A DNA stretch of 64,000 nucleotides from an uncultured Gemmatimonadaceae bacterium (GCA_963781585.1 CAWAGQ010000010.1:160001-224000), one strand, 5' to 3'. Positions 40,533 through 51,253 are shown, counted from the first letter of the stretch. The notes: generated from the letters alone by a model not told the origin. A program made the numbers and translations.

Positions 40533-43097
40533 TTGCCGCGAGGACCGAAGGTCAGTGATCCCGACGTGCGAACGCCTGTCCCGTCAAGCTACTCCCTCTC
40601 CAGCGTGAGCGCCGATCTCTCTCCGGATCGGCGCCGGTTGGCGCTGCCCGCCCGAGGAGTGCTCGCGGTCCTGGGGTCCTGGACGGTGTACGGCCTCGTC
40701 CACGCCGCATTCTGGCTGGCAACGGGTCGGTCGCGTGTTGGCGGAGTGGGGGGAATGTCGCTCCACGACTGGCCCCGCGTGGTTGCTGCGGCGCTCGTGC
40801 TCGCCTGGTCCTGGGCGCTACTGACCCCCGGCATTTTCCGACTCACCAGGGCTATCTCGCCCGCCAGGGTCGGCTGGCTCTCGTCGGTCGTCGGGCATGC
40901 GACGGTCGTGGCGGTCCTCACGCTGTCGATGACCGCGCTGCGATTGTGGCTCGTGCGCGTGCTGATCGGAGCCCAACCAGGTCCGTTTCTCCAGATGGTG
41001 ATCTTCTGGGTCGACGTGAACCTGTTCACGTACCTCGCGGTGGTGCTCACCGGCAGCGCCCTGCAGTCGCACCGGCGCTTTGTCGATCGCGCGCTTCGGG
41101 CGCACGTGTTGGAGGCACAGCTCGCGCGGGCACAACTTCACTACCTGGAACTGCAGCTGCAGCCGCACTTCCTGTTCAATTCCCTGAACGCGATCCAGGA
41201 GCTGGCGCACGAGGCGCCCGATGCGGCCGAGCAGATGCTTCGGCGCCTGCACGTCCTCCTGGCGCTGTCGCTGGAGCGGAGCGGGCGTGACGAGGTGTCG
41301 CTGCGCGACGAGCTGGCGGCGCTCGAGCCGTACCTGGACATTCAGCGCGCGCGGTTCGACTGGCTTACCGTAGCGGTCCAGACCGATCCGGACTCGCGCG
41401 GAGCGCTGGTGCCCCATCTCATTCTCCAGCCGCTCATCGAGAATGCCATCCGACACGGCCTGGCGGTGCGCCGCGGCCCCGGTCGCATCTGGATCAAGGC
41501 GGGTCGGCACGGAGACCGCCTCCGGCTGGAGGTGCGGGACGACGGGGTCGGATTGCCACTGGCCACGGCCCGGCTGCGTTCGGGGATCGGGCTGCGGAAT
41601 GCCGGCGAGCGGCTCCGGCAGCTTTACGGCTCGGAACACCGGTTCGTGCTGCGCAACGCGCCGGAGGGCGGAGTATCGGTGGAGATCGACGTGCCGTTCC
41701 GGCCCGCCCCTGCGTCGGTCACCCCGGCTTCGTGGGACGCTCTCGGCCGGTCGCGCGAGACCATCCCCGAAGTGGCGGTCGATGAGGTGGCTTCCTGGCG
41801 CACAGGCGAGTTCGTCGCGTCGATCGCGGCGCGTAACGATCGATTGTCGTCGCTCGCCGCGTTTCCGCTGGTCGAAAGGGCCGGCGCGCGAGTCCCGCCG
41901 GACGGTGGTCGGTCGCCCGGTGAGCAACCGGCCGGCGATCGACGCGCCGACTTCGCCGCGGGCGCCGGCGCGCATCCAGCCGATTCCGGCCGGGACGATG
42001 CGGCAGGCGACGACGTGCGCGTGGATGGCGCGTCGACGGTCTCGCTGCGCACGTGGTTCGCGCTGGTCGGACTGTGGCTTGGGGCGGCCGCGCTCTGGAT
42101 CGCGCAGTTGCACATCTACTGGTGGCTCGAGGCGCCGGCGGTGGCGCGATTCGACTTGAACATCGTGAAGCTCGAGATCGCGGGAGCGATGTACTGGATG
42201 GCGGTGTCGGTGGGTGTGCTGTACCTGGCGCGCCGCTTCCGACTGACCGGGCGACGGCCGGTGGTGCATCTGGCGATCCATCTGACGGCGGCTGTGGGGT
42301 CGTCGATTGCCTTTCTCATGGTGCTCGGCGCGCTGCATCTGAGCACGGCCCCGATACTCAATCCCTTCAACATCAACCCGCTGTCCGGCAACTTCTTCGT
42401 CTACTTCGGGCTCCTGGCGTGGTCGCATTCGCGTGACTTCGTGGCGCGGTACCGGGCGCGCGAGCTCGCGGCGGCGGAGTTGACCTCGGAGATCGCGCGA
42501 TCGCGTTTCCAGGCACTGTGCGTTCAGGTGCGGCCACAGTTCCTGCTCGGCACGCTGGATCTGCTGGCGCGGCTGGTGCACGTGGACGTCCCCCGTGCCG
42601 ATCGACTCATCGCCCGGCTGGCCGATGTCCTGCGGCTCACGCTCGACATGGCGCGGGAGTCGATGACGACGCTGCAGGAGGAACTGCAGTTGCTGACTGT
42701 CACCGTCGAAGCGCACCACCTCGGCGTGCGGCCGGCGGTGACGCTGGAGACGACGATCGACCCCGCGGCGCTCACCACGGCCATGCCGAGCCGTCTTCTC
42801 TGCACCATGGCCGACGACCTGCTGGCCGCCGAGCCGGAGGGCGCGGCGGTACCGCTGGTGGTGCGGGTGCGCGCGGAGCGAACGGCCGATGCGACCCGCG
42901 TGCGCCTGCAGGGCGATGCGGCGTGGCGCACCGATAGCGCCGGCCTGCATACCTGGTGGAAGACGAAGAGCGCGGCCGAGGCGGCGGTGGCCGGTGCCGG
43001 TCCGCTGGTGACGGTAGCGCTTCCGGACCGCGCCACCGCGGTGCTCATCATTGCCGACCCGCTGTCGGCGACAGCGGCCGAACCGGCCGCTGCCTAA
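40533..43097 (+). CDS. LytS/YehU-like sensor histidine kinase with an internally duplicated degenerate second module
   Basis: TM bundle, QLQPHFLFNSLN, LQPLIENAIRHG, RDDGVG, GIGL.N; then a second TM bundle and QVRPQFLLGTL; start uncertain. Confidence 0.85.
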   Translation: MPRGPKVSDPDVRTPVPSSYSLSSVSADLSPDRRRLALPARGVLAVLGSWTVYGLVHAAFWLATGRSRVGGVGGMSLHDWPRVVAAALVLAWSWALLTPGIFRLTRAISPARVGWLSSVVGHATVVAVLTLSMTALRLWLVRVLIGAQPGPFLQMVIFWVDVNLFTYLAVVLTGSALQSHRRFVDRALRAHVLEAQLARAQLHYLELQLQPHFLFNSLNAIQELAHEAPDAAEQMLRRLHVLLALSLERSGRDEVSLRDELAALEPYLDIQRARFDWLTVAVQTDPDSRGALVPHLILQPLIENAIRHGLAVRRGPGRIWIKAGRHGDRLRLEVRDDGVGLPLATARLRSGIGLRNAGERLRQLYGSEHRFVLRNAPEGGVSVEIDVPFRPAPASVTPASWDALGRSRETIPEVAVDEVASWRTGEFVASIAARNDRLSSLAAFPLVERAGARVPPDGGRSPGEQPAGDRRADFAAGAGAHPADSGRDDAAGDDVRVDGASTVSLRTWFALVGLWLGAAALWIAQLHIYWWLEAPAVARFDLNIVKLEIAGAMYWMAVSVGVLYLARRFRLTGRRPVVHLAIHLTAAVGSSIAFLMVLGALHLSTAPILNPFNINPLSGNFFVYFGLLAWSHSRDFVARYRARELAAAELTSEIARSRFQALCVQVRPQFLLGTLDLLARLVHVDVPRADRLIARLADVLRLTLDMARESMTTLQEELQLLTVTVEAHHLGVRPAVTLETTIDPAALTTAMPSRLLCTMADDLLAAEPEGAAVPLVVRVRAERTADATRVRLQGDAAWRTDSAGLHTWWKTKSAAEAAVAGAGPLVTVALPDRATAVLIIADPLSATAAEPAAA

Positions 43098-43119
43098 CGA
43101 ATGACAGGAGGGCGTCCCG

Positions 43120-43959
43120 ATGCGCGTATTGATCGTTGACGACGAACCGATTGCCCGCCGGCGCATCCGCCGGCTGCTGAAGCTGGAGGAAGGCGTGGAC
43201 CTGGTGGACGAGGCAGGAAGCGGCAGCGACGCCGTTTCGGCCATCCGCGACATGCGTCCCGATCTGGTGTTTCTCGACGTCCAGATGCCCGACATGGACG
43301 GATTCGCGGTGGTGTCGAAGCTGAATGACGAGCTGATGCCGGCCATCGTATTCGTCACAGCCTATAACGAGTACGCGGTGCGCGCATTTGACGTGAACGC
43401 CATCGACTATATCCTCAAGCCATTCGACCCGGATCGCTTCCGCTCGGCGTTCGGACGGGCGCGCTCGCAGCTGGAGCAGAAGAGCTCGGCCGAAGCCGGG
43501 CGGCGGATCAAGGCGCTGCTGGCCGAGGTGCTGGGTGAGGAGCGGGCGGAGGCGGTGACGACCGCGACGGACAACGGCGCCGGCGTCCGCGAGAGCGTGG
43601 TTGCGGCGGCAACGCGGTCGCGCCTGCTCGACCGGTTGATGGTCAAGCACGATGGCCGGGTCTACTTCGTGAAGGTGGCGGACATCGACTGGTTCGAGGC
43701 ATCCGGCAACTATGTGCGCCTGCACGTCGGCCGGGTGTCGCATCTGATCCGGGAAACGATGCACGGCATCGAGGCGCAGCTCGATCCGAACGTGTTCGCG
43801 CGCATCCACCGTGCGGTGATCGTGAATCTCGACCGGATCCGCGAGCTGCAGCCGTGGTTCGCCGGCGACTACATCGTGATTCTGCGCGATGGGCGCCAAC
43901 TCAAGCTCAGCCGCACCTACCGCGAAGCGCTTCAGGCACGGATGCACCGGATCAACTGA
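43120..43959 (+). CDS. LytTR family response regulator
   Basis: LIVDDEP, VFLDVQMP, FVTAY, YILKP; C-terminal GNYV, FARIHR..IVN, SRTY. Confidence 0.95.
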   Translation: MRVLIVDDEPIARRRIRRLLKLEEGVDLVDEAGSGSDAVSAIRDMRPDLVFLDVQMPDMDGFAVVSKLNDELMPAIVFVTAYNEYAVRAFDVNAIDYILKPFDPDRFRSAFGRARSQLEQKSSAEAGRRIKALLAEVLGEERAEAVTTATDNGAGVRESVVAAATRSRLLDRLMVKHDGRVYFVKVADIDWFEASGNYVRLHVGRVSHLIRETMHGIEAQLDPNVFARIHRAVIVNLDRIRELQPWFAGDYIVILRDGRQLKLSRTYREALQARMHRIN

Positions 43960-44042
43960 AGGGCCGTCGGGCGGGCTCGTATCAGGTCAGTGGGGTCAGC
44001 GGCGCCGACGCAGCTCGCATCGCGCGTGAGTCCCGGCGCCGC

Positions 44043-46586
44043 TCAGAGGGAGACGTGACGGAAGAAGACGCGCTTGGTGGCTTCCGATCCGGCCACGTAG
44101 AGCGCGACGATGCCGGTGATGAGGAGTCCCAGTCGGAGCGGGAGCGGGGTGAATCCAAGCGGCCCCGCCAGCGGCGAATACGGCAGCAACAGCGTGAACA
44201 CCGCCACCCCCACGCTGCCGAAGAGAAGGGCCGTACCCGGCCGGCTGCGCAGGAACGAGCGCCGGGTGCGGATCACCAGCAGGATGAACAGCTCGGATAA
44301 CACCGATTCCAGGAACCACGCCGTGCGAAACGTTGTCGCCTGAACGCCTAACGCCAGGAGCGTGCCGAAGGTGAGGTAGTCGAACAGCGAGCTCACCAGC
44401 CCGAACGTGAGCATGAACCGGCGAATGCTCCTGGTGTCCCACCGGCGCGGCCGCTGCACCTGCTCGGCATCGAGCCGGTCGGTGGCGATGGCCATCGCCG
44501 GCAGGTCGGTGAGCACATTGATCAGCAGTATCTGCTCGGGCAGCAGGGGCAGGAACGCCGCGAACAGCGACGCCCCGGCCATGCTGAACATGTTGCCGAA
44601 GTTGGCGCTGGTGGTGATGAAGACGTACTTGAGCGTGTTGCCGAACGCCTGGCGCCCCTCGCGCACCCCGTGCCCCAATACCGCCAGATCCTTCTCCAGC
44701 AGCACGATGTCGGCGGCCTGCCGGGTGACGTCGGATGCCGAATCCACACTGATGCCCACGTCCGCGGCGTGCAGCGCCGACGCGTCGTTGATCCCGTCCC
44801 CCAGGAACCCCACCGCGTGCCCCGCGCGCTTCAGCGCCAGGATGATCCGCTCCTTCTGGTTGGGCTCCACTTCGGCGAACACCGTCGTGCGCGACGCCGC
44901 GCCAAGGAGCGCGGCGTCGGTCATGTCCCGCAGATCGCTGCCGGTCAGGACCTCGCCCACCGGCAGCCCCGCCTCGCCCGCGGCCCGGGCGGCCACCAGA
45001 CGATGATCCCCGGTGATCAGCTTGACCGTGATGCCTAACGCCGACAGCTCGTCCAGCGCGGCGCGGGCGTCGCTCTTGATCGGATCGCTCAGCACCAGCA
45101 GCCCGACCAGGGTGAGTCCCCGCTCGTCGTCGCGGCCCACCGGCGCGATGCCCTCGACCGTGCGGCAGGCGACGCCCAGGCACCGGTGGCCCTCGGCGCA
45201 GAGACGCGCGAATCGCGCGTCGATGGCTGCTCGCACCGTGGACAGGGGAAACGTGCGCCCGGCGGCGTCCTCGGCGCGCTCGCAGACATCGAGCACATTC
45301 GGCAGCGCCCCCTTGGTGATCAGCAGCCGTTCGCCACGCCCTTCGACCGCGACGCTCAATCGCTTCCGCACGAAATCGTAGGGCACCTCGTCGACCTTCG
45401 TGTAGTCCGCCGCACCGTCGGCCACGGTGGCCCGCAGGGCGTCGTCCACTGGATTCCGGAACCCCGTTTCCAGCGCCGCGTTCAGATACGCCAGCAGCCG
45501 GGCACGCTCGCTGGGCGCGCCAGCGAAATCCTCCACCCCGCGAACCGCCACCACGCCCTCGGTGATCGTCCCGGTCTTGTCGGTGCAGAGGATCGACATG
45601 CCGCCGAGGTCCTCGATCGATGCCAGGCGCCGCACGATCACGCGGTGTCGCGACATCCGATGCGCGCCCTGGGCCAGCGTCACGCTCACAATGGCGGGGA
45701 GAAGCTGGGGCGTGAGACCGACGGCCAGCGCCAGCGTGAACAGCAGGGCGTCGAGCACCGGACGATGGAGCGCCACGTTGATCGCGAAGATGGTCACCAC
45801 CAGGACCGTCGCCACATCGAGCAGCAGGTATCCGAACCGCCTGATGCCCCGCTCGAATTCCGTCTCAGCGGGCCGACGCGCCAACCGCGCTGCGATCGCC
45901 CCGAACTCCGTGGAGCGGCCGGTCCGCACCACCAGCACCGTGGCGGTTCCGCTCACCACGTGGGTGCCCTGGAACAGGGAGTTGGTGCGATCGGCGAGCG
46001 CCGCGGCAGCGGGCGCGTCACCAGTCATCTTCTCCGCGGGGAAGGATTCCCCGGTGAGCGCCGCCTGGTCGGCGAACAGGTCCCTGGCGGTCACGATCCG
46101 GGCGTCGCCCGGCACACTCGAACCGGCGGTCAGGAGGACGAGGTCGCCGGGGACCACCTGGTCCACCGGGATTTCCCGCTCCGCACCCCCGCGCACTACC
46201 GTGGTCGTGGTGCGGATCAGAGCCAGGAGTTTTTCCACCGCGTCACCGGCGCGGCGTTCCTGCCAGAACCCGAGCAATCCGCTCACCACGATGATCGCAA
46301 CGATCGTCAGGCCATCGGTGGTTTCGCCCACGGCGATCGAGAGCAGGGCGGCGGCAAGCAGGAGCAGGGTTATCGGGCTCGCGAACTGGCCGGCGAGAAG
46401 CCTGACGAGGCCGCGATGGCGGACCGGCGCCGCCACATTCGGCCCGTGCAGGTCGAGGCGCCGCGCGGCCTCGTCGACGTCGAGTCCTGACGGAGAGGAG
46501 CCCAGGCGCTGGAACAGGCCGGGAAGTGGCTCGCTCCAGAACGGCGACCGGCTGTCGTCAGGCGGCGTGGCGGCGGAATCGGTCAC
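44043..46586 (-). CDS. mgtA: Magnesium-translocating P-type ATPase
   Basis: TGES, AVGLTPQLLP, DKTGT, GDGIND, SANFGNMFS. Confidence 0.9.
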   Translation of the reverse strand: MTDSAATPPDDSRSPFWSEPLPGLFQRLGSSPSGLDVDEAARRLDLHGPNVAAPVRHRGLVRLLAGQFASPITLLLLAAALLSIAVGETTDGLTIVAIIVVSGLLGFWQERRAGDAVEKLLALIRTTTTVVRGGAEREIPVDQVVPGDLVLLTAGSSVPGDARIVTARDLFADQAALTGESFPAEKMTGDAPAAAALADRTNSLFQGTHVVSGTATVLVVRTGRSTEFGAIAARLARRPAETEFERGIRRFGYLLLDVATVLVVTIFAINVALHRPVLDALLFTLALAVGLTPQLLPAIVSVTLAQGAHRMSRHRVIVRRLASIEDLGGMSILCTDKTGTITEGVVAVRGVEDFAGAPSERARLLAYLNAALETGFRNPVDDALRATVADGAADYTKVDEVPYDFVRKRLSVAVEGRGERLLITKGALPNVLDVCERAEDAAGRTFPLSTVRAAIDARFARLCAEGHRCLGVACRTVEGIAPVGRDDERGLTLVGLLVLSDPIKSDARAALDELSALGITVKLITGDHRLVAARAAGEAGLPVGEVLTGSDLRDMTDAALLGAASRTTVFAEVEPNQKERIILALKRAGHAVGFLGDGINDASALHAADVGISVDSASDVTRQAADIVLLEKDLAVLGHGVREGRQAFGNTLKYVFITTSANFGNMFSMAGASLFAAFLPLLPEQILLINVLTDLPAMAIATDRLDAEQVQRPRRWDTRSIRRFMLTFGLVSSLFDYLTFGTLLALGVQATTFRTAWFLESVLSELFILLVIRTRRSFLRSRPGTALLFGSVGVAVFTLLLPYSPLAGPLGFTPLPLRLGLLITGIVALYVAGSEATKRVFFRHVSL

Positions 46587-46727
46587 CAGGAAAGAATTCC
46601 GCCGGGGAAGTCCAAACGCCAGAGCGGGAACTGTGCAGGCGCGTCATGGGGCCCGCCGGCGAAACGCAACGCCCCGGGACGCCGTATTGTGCCTGTGACA
46701 GATGACCTTCCGATGGAGACTCACGCG

Positions 46728-47069
46728 ATGTCACTCATTCGCTTCCTGCTCTTCTCGTTCCTCGCATTGTTCGTACTGCTTCCGCTCGCGGGCATCCTCG
46801 CGATTGTTGGACTGCCCCTGATCATCGTGCTGGCGGTGGTCGGCCTGCCGGTGCTCGGACTGCTGCTGCTGGTCGGGCTGCCGATCGTGGCGGTGCTGAT
46901 TCTGGTCGCGGTCGCGGTCGGGCTGGCGTTCGGGCTCCTTGGGGTGGTGGTGGGGCTGGGCATCGCCGCTCTGAAGATCGCGCTGTTCATCGCGCTGCCC
47001 ATCTACTTCATCGCCTGGCTGGTCGGCCGCGCGAGGACCGGCGGCCGACGCGCGGAACGCATCGGCTGA
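46728..47069 (+). CDS. Small hydrophobic membrane protein
   Basis: Leu/Val/Gly-rich, repeated VGLP; RBS GGAG before the ATG. Confidence 0.6.
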   Translation: MSLIRFLLFSFLALFVLLPLAGILAIVGLPLIIVLAVVGLPVLGLLLLVGLPIVAVLILVAVAVGLAFGLLGVVVGLGIAALKIALFIALPIYFIAWLVGRARTGGRRAERIG

Positions 47070-47357
47070 CAATCGCCGCGAGCCCGCGTTCGCGAGCCCG
47101 GGGAGCCGCGTGAGGCATCTCCCGTCTCGCCTGTAGGCAGGTTCCCCGTGAAGCACCGAGGACTCCCCGACTTCACCGGGGACGCCGCCGGCCGACCTTC
47201 AGATCACTGATTGGGCATACAGTGATCCGGGACGGACGCCGGCGGCCACGACCGCTGCCCGCTGACAGCCGATAGCTGCTGTGTCATGGCTGCAAGCTGA
47301 CCGCCCGCGCCTTCCCGGTTCCAATTGTGGGAACCTCTTCACCTGAGCGGGAAACCC

Positions 47358-47810
47358 ATGGCGCAGCAGAATGAGCACCTGCCGATTGTCGTCACTCATG
47401 AGGGTGGCGTGAAGTTCGCGGCCAAAGTGCGGTCGCATGTGGTGGTGGTGGATCAGCCGGTCTACGGCGGCGGCGAAGATGCGGGGCCGATGCCGATCGA
47501 GCTGCTCGGCGTGTCGTTAGGCACATGTGTCGCGCTGTACGTGCAGCAGTTCTGCCATACCCGGGGACTGCCCACCGATGGAATGCGGGTGGAGGTGGGC
47601 CAGCTGGGAGCACGAAATCCGAACCGGGTCGGCGTCTTCGCGGTGAAGGTCGTGCTGCCGGTCGCGGTCCCGCCGCAATACGCGGAGATGCTGGAGCGTG
47701 CGGCACGCAGCTGTCCCGCCCACAATACACTCGAACACCCGGCCCGCGTGGACCTGACCATCGAGACGGCGGACAGCGACGCCGGGGCCGCGGTCATGGC
47801 GTCCGGCTAG
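47358..47810 (+). CDS. OsmC family protein
   Basis: DQP...GGED.GP.P.ELL..SLG.C and CPAHNTL. Confidence 0.9.
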   Translation: MAQQNEHLPIVVTHEGGVKFAAKVRSHVVVVDQPVYGGGEDAGPMPIELLGVSLGTCVALYVQQFCHTRGLPTDGMRVEVGQLGARNPNRVGVFAVKVVLPVAVPPQYAEMLERAARSCPAHNTLEHPARVDLTIETADSDAGAAVMASG

Positions 47811-47849
47811 ACGCCGCGAAGCCGCAGCCTCCTCGAGACGGGCCTTCCG

Positions 47850-48179
47850 ATGAAGACGACGTTGACACCCGAGCTGGTGACACTGGTGGCGGAGCGCCTG
47901 AGGACGCTCGGCGAACCGGCGCGTCTGCAGATCCTCAACGCGCTGCGGCCCGGTCACCGGACGGTTCGTGCCCTGCAGGACGCCACCGGACTCGGTCAGC
48001 CGAACGTGTCAAAACATCTCCGCCTGCTGCACTCCGCCGGGTTCGTCTCGCGCCGCAAGGCCGGCCTGTTCACCTACTATTCACTTGCCGACGAGCAGGT
48101 CTTCCAGATCTGCGATCTGGTGTGTGACCGATTGGAAGCCGAACTGGCGGCTCGGAGCAGAGTGCTCGAACGAGGATGA
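47850..48179 (+). CDS. ArsR/SmtB family transcriptional regulator
   Basis: LGEPARLQIL..L, QPNVSKHL..L..AG.V.RRK.G...YYSL. Confidence 0.92.
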   Translation: MKTTLTPELVTLVAERLRTLGEPARLQILNALRPGHRTVRALQDATGLGQPNVSKHLRLLHSAGFVSRRKAGLFTYYSLADEQVFQICDLVCDRLEAELAARSRVLERG

Positions 48180-48246
48180 ATCCGATCCGCTGGCCGCGCC
48201 GGCGAGGGGCCCGGTAGCACCGAGCGAGAATCCGCGAGCCCGGCGC

Positions 48247-48291
48247 TCGCCAGGCTCCGGGAGCGATCGACCATCACATGGCGAAGCAGCA
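48247..48291 (+). repeat. Dispersed 45-bp intergenic repeat, copy 1
   Basis: Matches 55758-55802 with 3 mismatches. Confidence 0.8.
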
Positions 48292-48292
48292 A

Positions 48293-51253
48293 CTAGGGGG
48301 CGACGCGATAGAGAACGAGGTGAGACGTGCCGTCTCCCTGCCGGAGAGCTACCAGCAGACCCGGTGCCACGCGCGCCTCCAGCAGATAGCCCGCATCGGG
48401 CGGCACGCTGATGTCGACCATCCGGCGGCGTTCGACGTCCACGGCCGTCACCACGTCTCGCCGCGCGACGGTGAGCGTCGGGCCGGGACCCACGCTCACC
48501 TGGGCAAGCTCCGATCCGGGGACGCGTGAGAACGGTCGCGCTTCGCCGTTGGCCTGGATGGTCCAGACACGACCGCGGCTGTGCTGCCTCACGAAGCAGA
48601 TCGCCTGTCGTCGGTCGGGAGACCCACACTGCAGATAGCCGTCCATCTCGCTCGCCATGCGGAGTCCATCCCGCGTCACCTCCCAGACCGCGACCCGCGG
48701 TGTGGCCATCTGCAGCATCGTGAGTGACGTCGACACGCGGCCGCGCAGGAGCAAGGCCGGGATGATCACCCGCGTCCCTCCCTCGAACACGAGCTCGTCC
48801 ATGCCGCTCACGGAATCGAGAGGGGCGAATCGGTGCACCACGCCGCCCGGCACGGCCGCCCCGGCAAGCACATACAGCGAGTCGCTGCGCCCTTCCTCCC
48901 CCACGACCGACCAGGTGCCGTCGTGGGGAGATGCAGCCAGCCTGGGCGCGAGCAGCGTTGGAAGAGTGGTGGTCCACAGCACCAGGTCGGAGTCGGCGCG
49001 TTCGAGGTGCAACTCGGCTCCCTGCGTGCCGGCACGCAGTACCAGCACCCGATCGTCGTCCATGAAGGCGATCTGCATGGCGTCGATCTCGCGCCGGGCG
49101 CCCGAGAAATCCCCGACCTCGTAGCGGATCGCGTACTGCCCCGGTGCGCCAGTCATTGTCGGCTCGCCCGGACGCTGCACCACGTAGCGCGCGCCGCCGG
49201 GCGAGAGCTGGAGGCCGCTTACCGGCGTGTCGAACTCGACTCGCTGGAGCACCTCGGCGCGCGCGGTCGTTCGCGCCAGCGGTTCGCCCGTGCCGCGAAT
49301 GTCCGATACCGACAGGACGAGTGCGCCGCAGACGAGGCCCGCGGATCCCGCCGCCAGGCCCGACCACCGGCCGGCGCGCTTCCCGGCTGCAACCAGGGCT
49401 GCGGCGAGTCCGAGCAACGATACGGCCAGCGTGGGGAGCAGCGGCAATCGGGCGAGCTGATCCAACGGCAGCGCCGGCGCCGCCATCACGAGCGGAATCA
49501 GCACCAGCACCGTGGTGGCGGTCAGGACGATCAGGGCGAGGCGCGCCCCGTCGTCCCTGGCCTGGCTCCGTGCGCGACGCCAGGCCGTGCTCAGCGCGAG
49601 CGCGCCGACCAGCGCGAGTGCCGCCGCGCCGAGCTCGGGACGGTCCGCGAACCACGACGCGTCGCCAAGGAGCAGGGCGAATGCGGCGCGCGCCACCGCC
49701 ATCGCGCCTAACGCGGCGATCACGGCGGTGCCGGGTCGAACCAGCGCCAGCGTTGCCGGAACCAGCACGATGCCCACCTCTCCGGCGACCAGCGCGGCCA
49801 GCAGTGCCAGGACGGCCACCGGCCGCACACCGGCGAACGGGGGCCGTCCCAGATCGCGGTGGAGCCGCACGTCGACCCGGTCGAGCGCCTTCTGCACGGC
49901 GGCCACTTGGGCCGGCTCGAGCGGAACGGACCACGACTCGCCGCGCCGGTGCGACGCGCGGAGGGCGCGCCCGTCTCCGCTGGCGGTCACCCGCAACTCG
50001 ATCAGCTCCGACCAGACCACCGAGCGCATGCTCGAGGCGTGTGCGCGCAAGGCGTCGAGGGATCGCGGCGTGTCTGGCGGTGCACCGTCGAACCACCAGG
50101 CGCGCGTATCGTCGAAGACAACCACGCTGCCGGGCCGCGCGGTGGGCAGCACGATCGGTTCGCCGATTGCACCGGCCGCCTGGGCGCCGCCGCCGCGCAA
50201 CGCCTGGATGCGTCGCGCCAGGCTTGGATGCGACGCACTACGCTCGAAGTTGACCGGCCAGCGTCGCGGGATGAAGGCGTGCACATAGACCTTGATGAGT
50301 CCCCGCGCGACGGCATCCGGATCGCCCGACAGCGCGGCCGCGCGCAGGTCGCTCTCGGTCTCCTCCCGTTGGCGCCTGCGTGCACGCATCACCAGCGATG
50401 CTACGACCGCCAGCGGCCAGAGCAGCGGTACCCAGGATGCGCCTTCCGGGGAAAGCCGCTGGAGGAGGAGCGGGAGCCCCGCCGCGAGCACGATCAGTAC
50501 CTGGTTCAGCGATTCGAGCCGGCGCATCCGTCGCGGACTGAACTGCTCGATGTGCGCCAGCTCGTGCGCGTAGATCGCCGCCGCTTCGTCGGGCTCCAGC
50601 AGCTCCAGCAGCCGGTTTCCGAGCCCGATGGCGGGACCATGAAGGGATGGCAGGGCCAGCGCGTTGGCGTATCGGGCGTCGGGGCCGCCGATGCGGTACA
50701 GAGCTGGCGGTGCGATGCCGGCGCGCTCCACGATCGCTCTGATGCGCGGGGCCAGCGACTGATCCTCCAGCGGCGTGGCCTCGTGCAGCCGCAACCAGAT
50801 CCGCACATACCAGCGCTCCCAGACCAGCAACCCCACCAGCAGGCCAACGGCGAGCGCCGCGCGGTAGCGCGCGTCGGTGCCAAGGACGAGTTCCGGTGTC
50901 CAGGCGAGGATGATCCAGAAGCCAAACCCGGCGACGATCGACTTCGCGCTCCGCCACAGGTAGCGCGGCAGGTTCGAAGTCTCGAACTGCAGGAACCGGC
51001 GCAGCGGGTAGCGCCCCACCAGGAGCGCGAGCGCCATCAGCGGGATGCCCCACATCGCGCCGTTGCCGCCAAATACCAGCGTGACGGCGAGCGCGGTGGC
51101 CACGATCAGCGTCAGGCGCTGCTGGCGTGCGAACAGCAGCTCCGGCAGGGCCGGGTCGTCGGTGAATCGTGTCAGGCGGCGACCGGTCCACCAGGCGGCG
51201 ATCCCGGGGGTCACCGAAACGAGAGCAACGATGACCGACGAAGCGGTCAGCAC
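48293..51253 (-). CDS. M48 family (HtpX/Ste24-like) membrane metalloprotease with long C-terminal extension
   Basis: NALA, AHELAH, ETESD, SHPSLARRI; multiple TMs. Confidence 0.85.
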   Translation of the reverse strand: MLTASSVIVALVSVTPGIAAWWTGRRLTRFTDDPALPELLFARQQRLTLIVATALAVTLVFGGNGAMWGIPLMALALLVGRYPLRRFLQFETSNLPRYLWRSAKSIVAGFGFWIILAWTPELVLGTDARYRAALAVGLLVGLLVWERWYVRIWLRLHEATPLEDQSLAPRIRAIVERAGIAPPALYRIGGPDARYANALALPSLHGPAIGLGNRLLELLEPDEAAAIYAHELAHIEQFSPRRMRRLESLNQVLIVLAAGLPLLLQRLSPEGASWVPLLWPLAVVASLVMRARRRQREETESDLRAAALSGDPDAVARGLIKVYVHAFIPRRWPVNFERSASHPSLARRIQALRGGGAQAAGAIGEPIVLPTARPGSVVVFDDTRAWWFDGAPPDTPRSLDALRAHASSMRSVVWSELIELRVTASGDGRALRASHRRGESWSVPLEPAQVAAVQKALDRVDVRLHRDLGRPPFAGVRPVAVLALLAALVAGEVGIVLVPATLALVRPGTAVIAALGAMAVARAAFALLLGDASWFADRPELGAAALALVGALALSTAWRRARSQARDDGARLALIVLTATTVLVLIPLVMAAPALPLDQLARLPLLPTLAVSLLGLAAALVAAGKRAGRWSGLAAGSAGLVCGALVLSVSDIRGTGEPLARTTARAEVLQRVEFDTPVSGLQLSPGGARYVVQRPGEPTMTGAPGQYAIRYEVGDFSGARREIDAMQIAFMDDDRVLVLRAGTQGAELHLERADSDLVLWTTTLPTLLAPRLAASPHDGTWSVVGEEGRSDSLYVLAGAAVPGGVVHRFAPLDSVSGMDELVFEGGTRVIIPALLLRGRVSTSLTMLQMATPRVAVWEVTRDGLRMASEMDGYLQCGSPDRRQAICFVRQHSRGRVWTIQANGEARPFSRVPGSELAQVSVGPGPTLTVARRDVVTAVDVERRRMVDISVPPDAGYLLEARVAPGLLVALRQGDGTSHLVLYRVAP

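Noticed and set aside
40818..43358. 846-aa minus-strand ORF (also 5714-7822, 37102-38649, 48081-50096, 49859-52129)
   Set aside because: Antisense or off-frame shadows of well-supported genes in high-GC DNA; Arg/Pro-rich with no motifs
47070..47357. Riboswitch or Mg-sensing leader near mgtA/osmC
   Set aside because: Hairpins are present (for example about 47144-47181) but I recognise no riboswitch consensus
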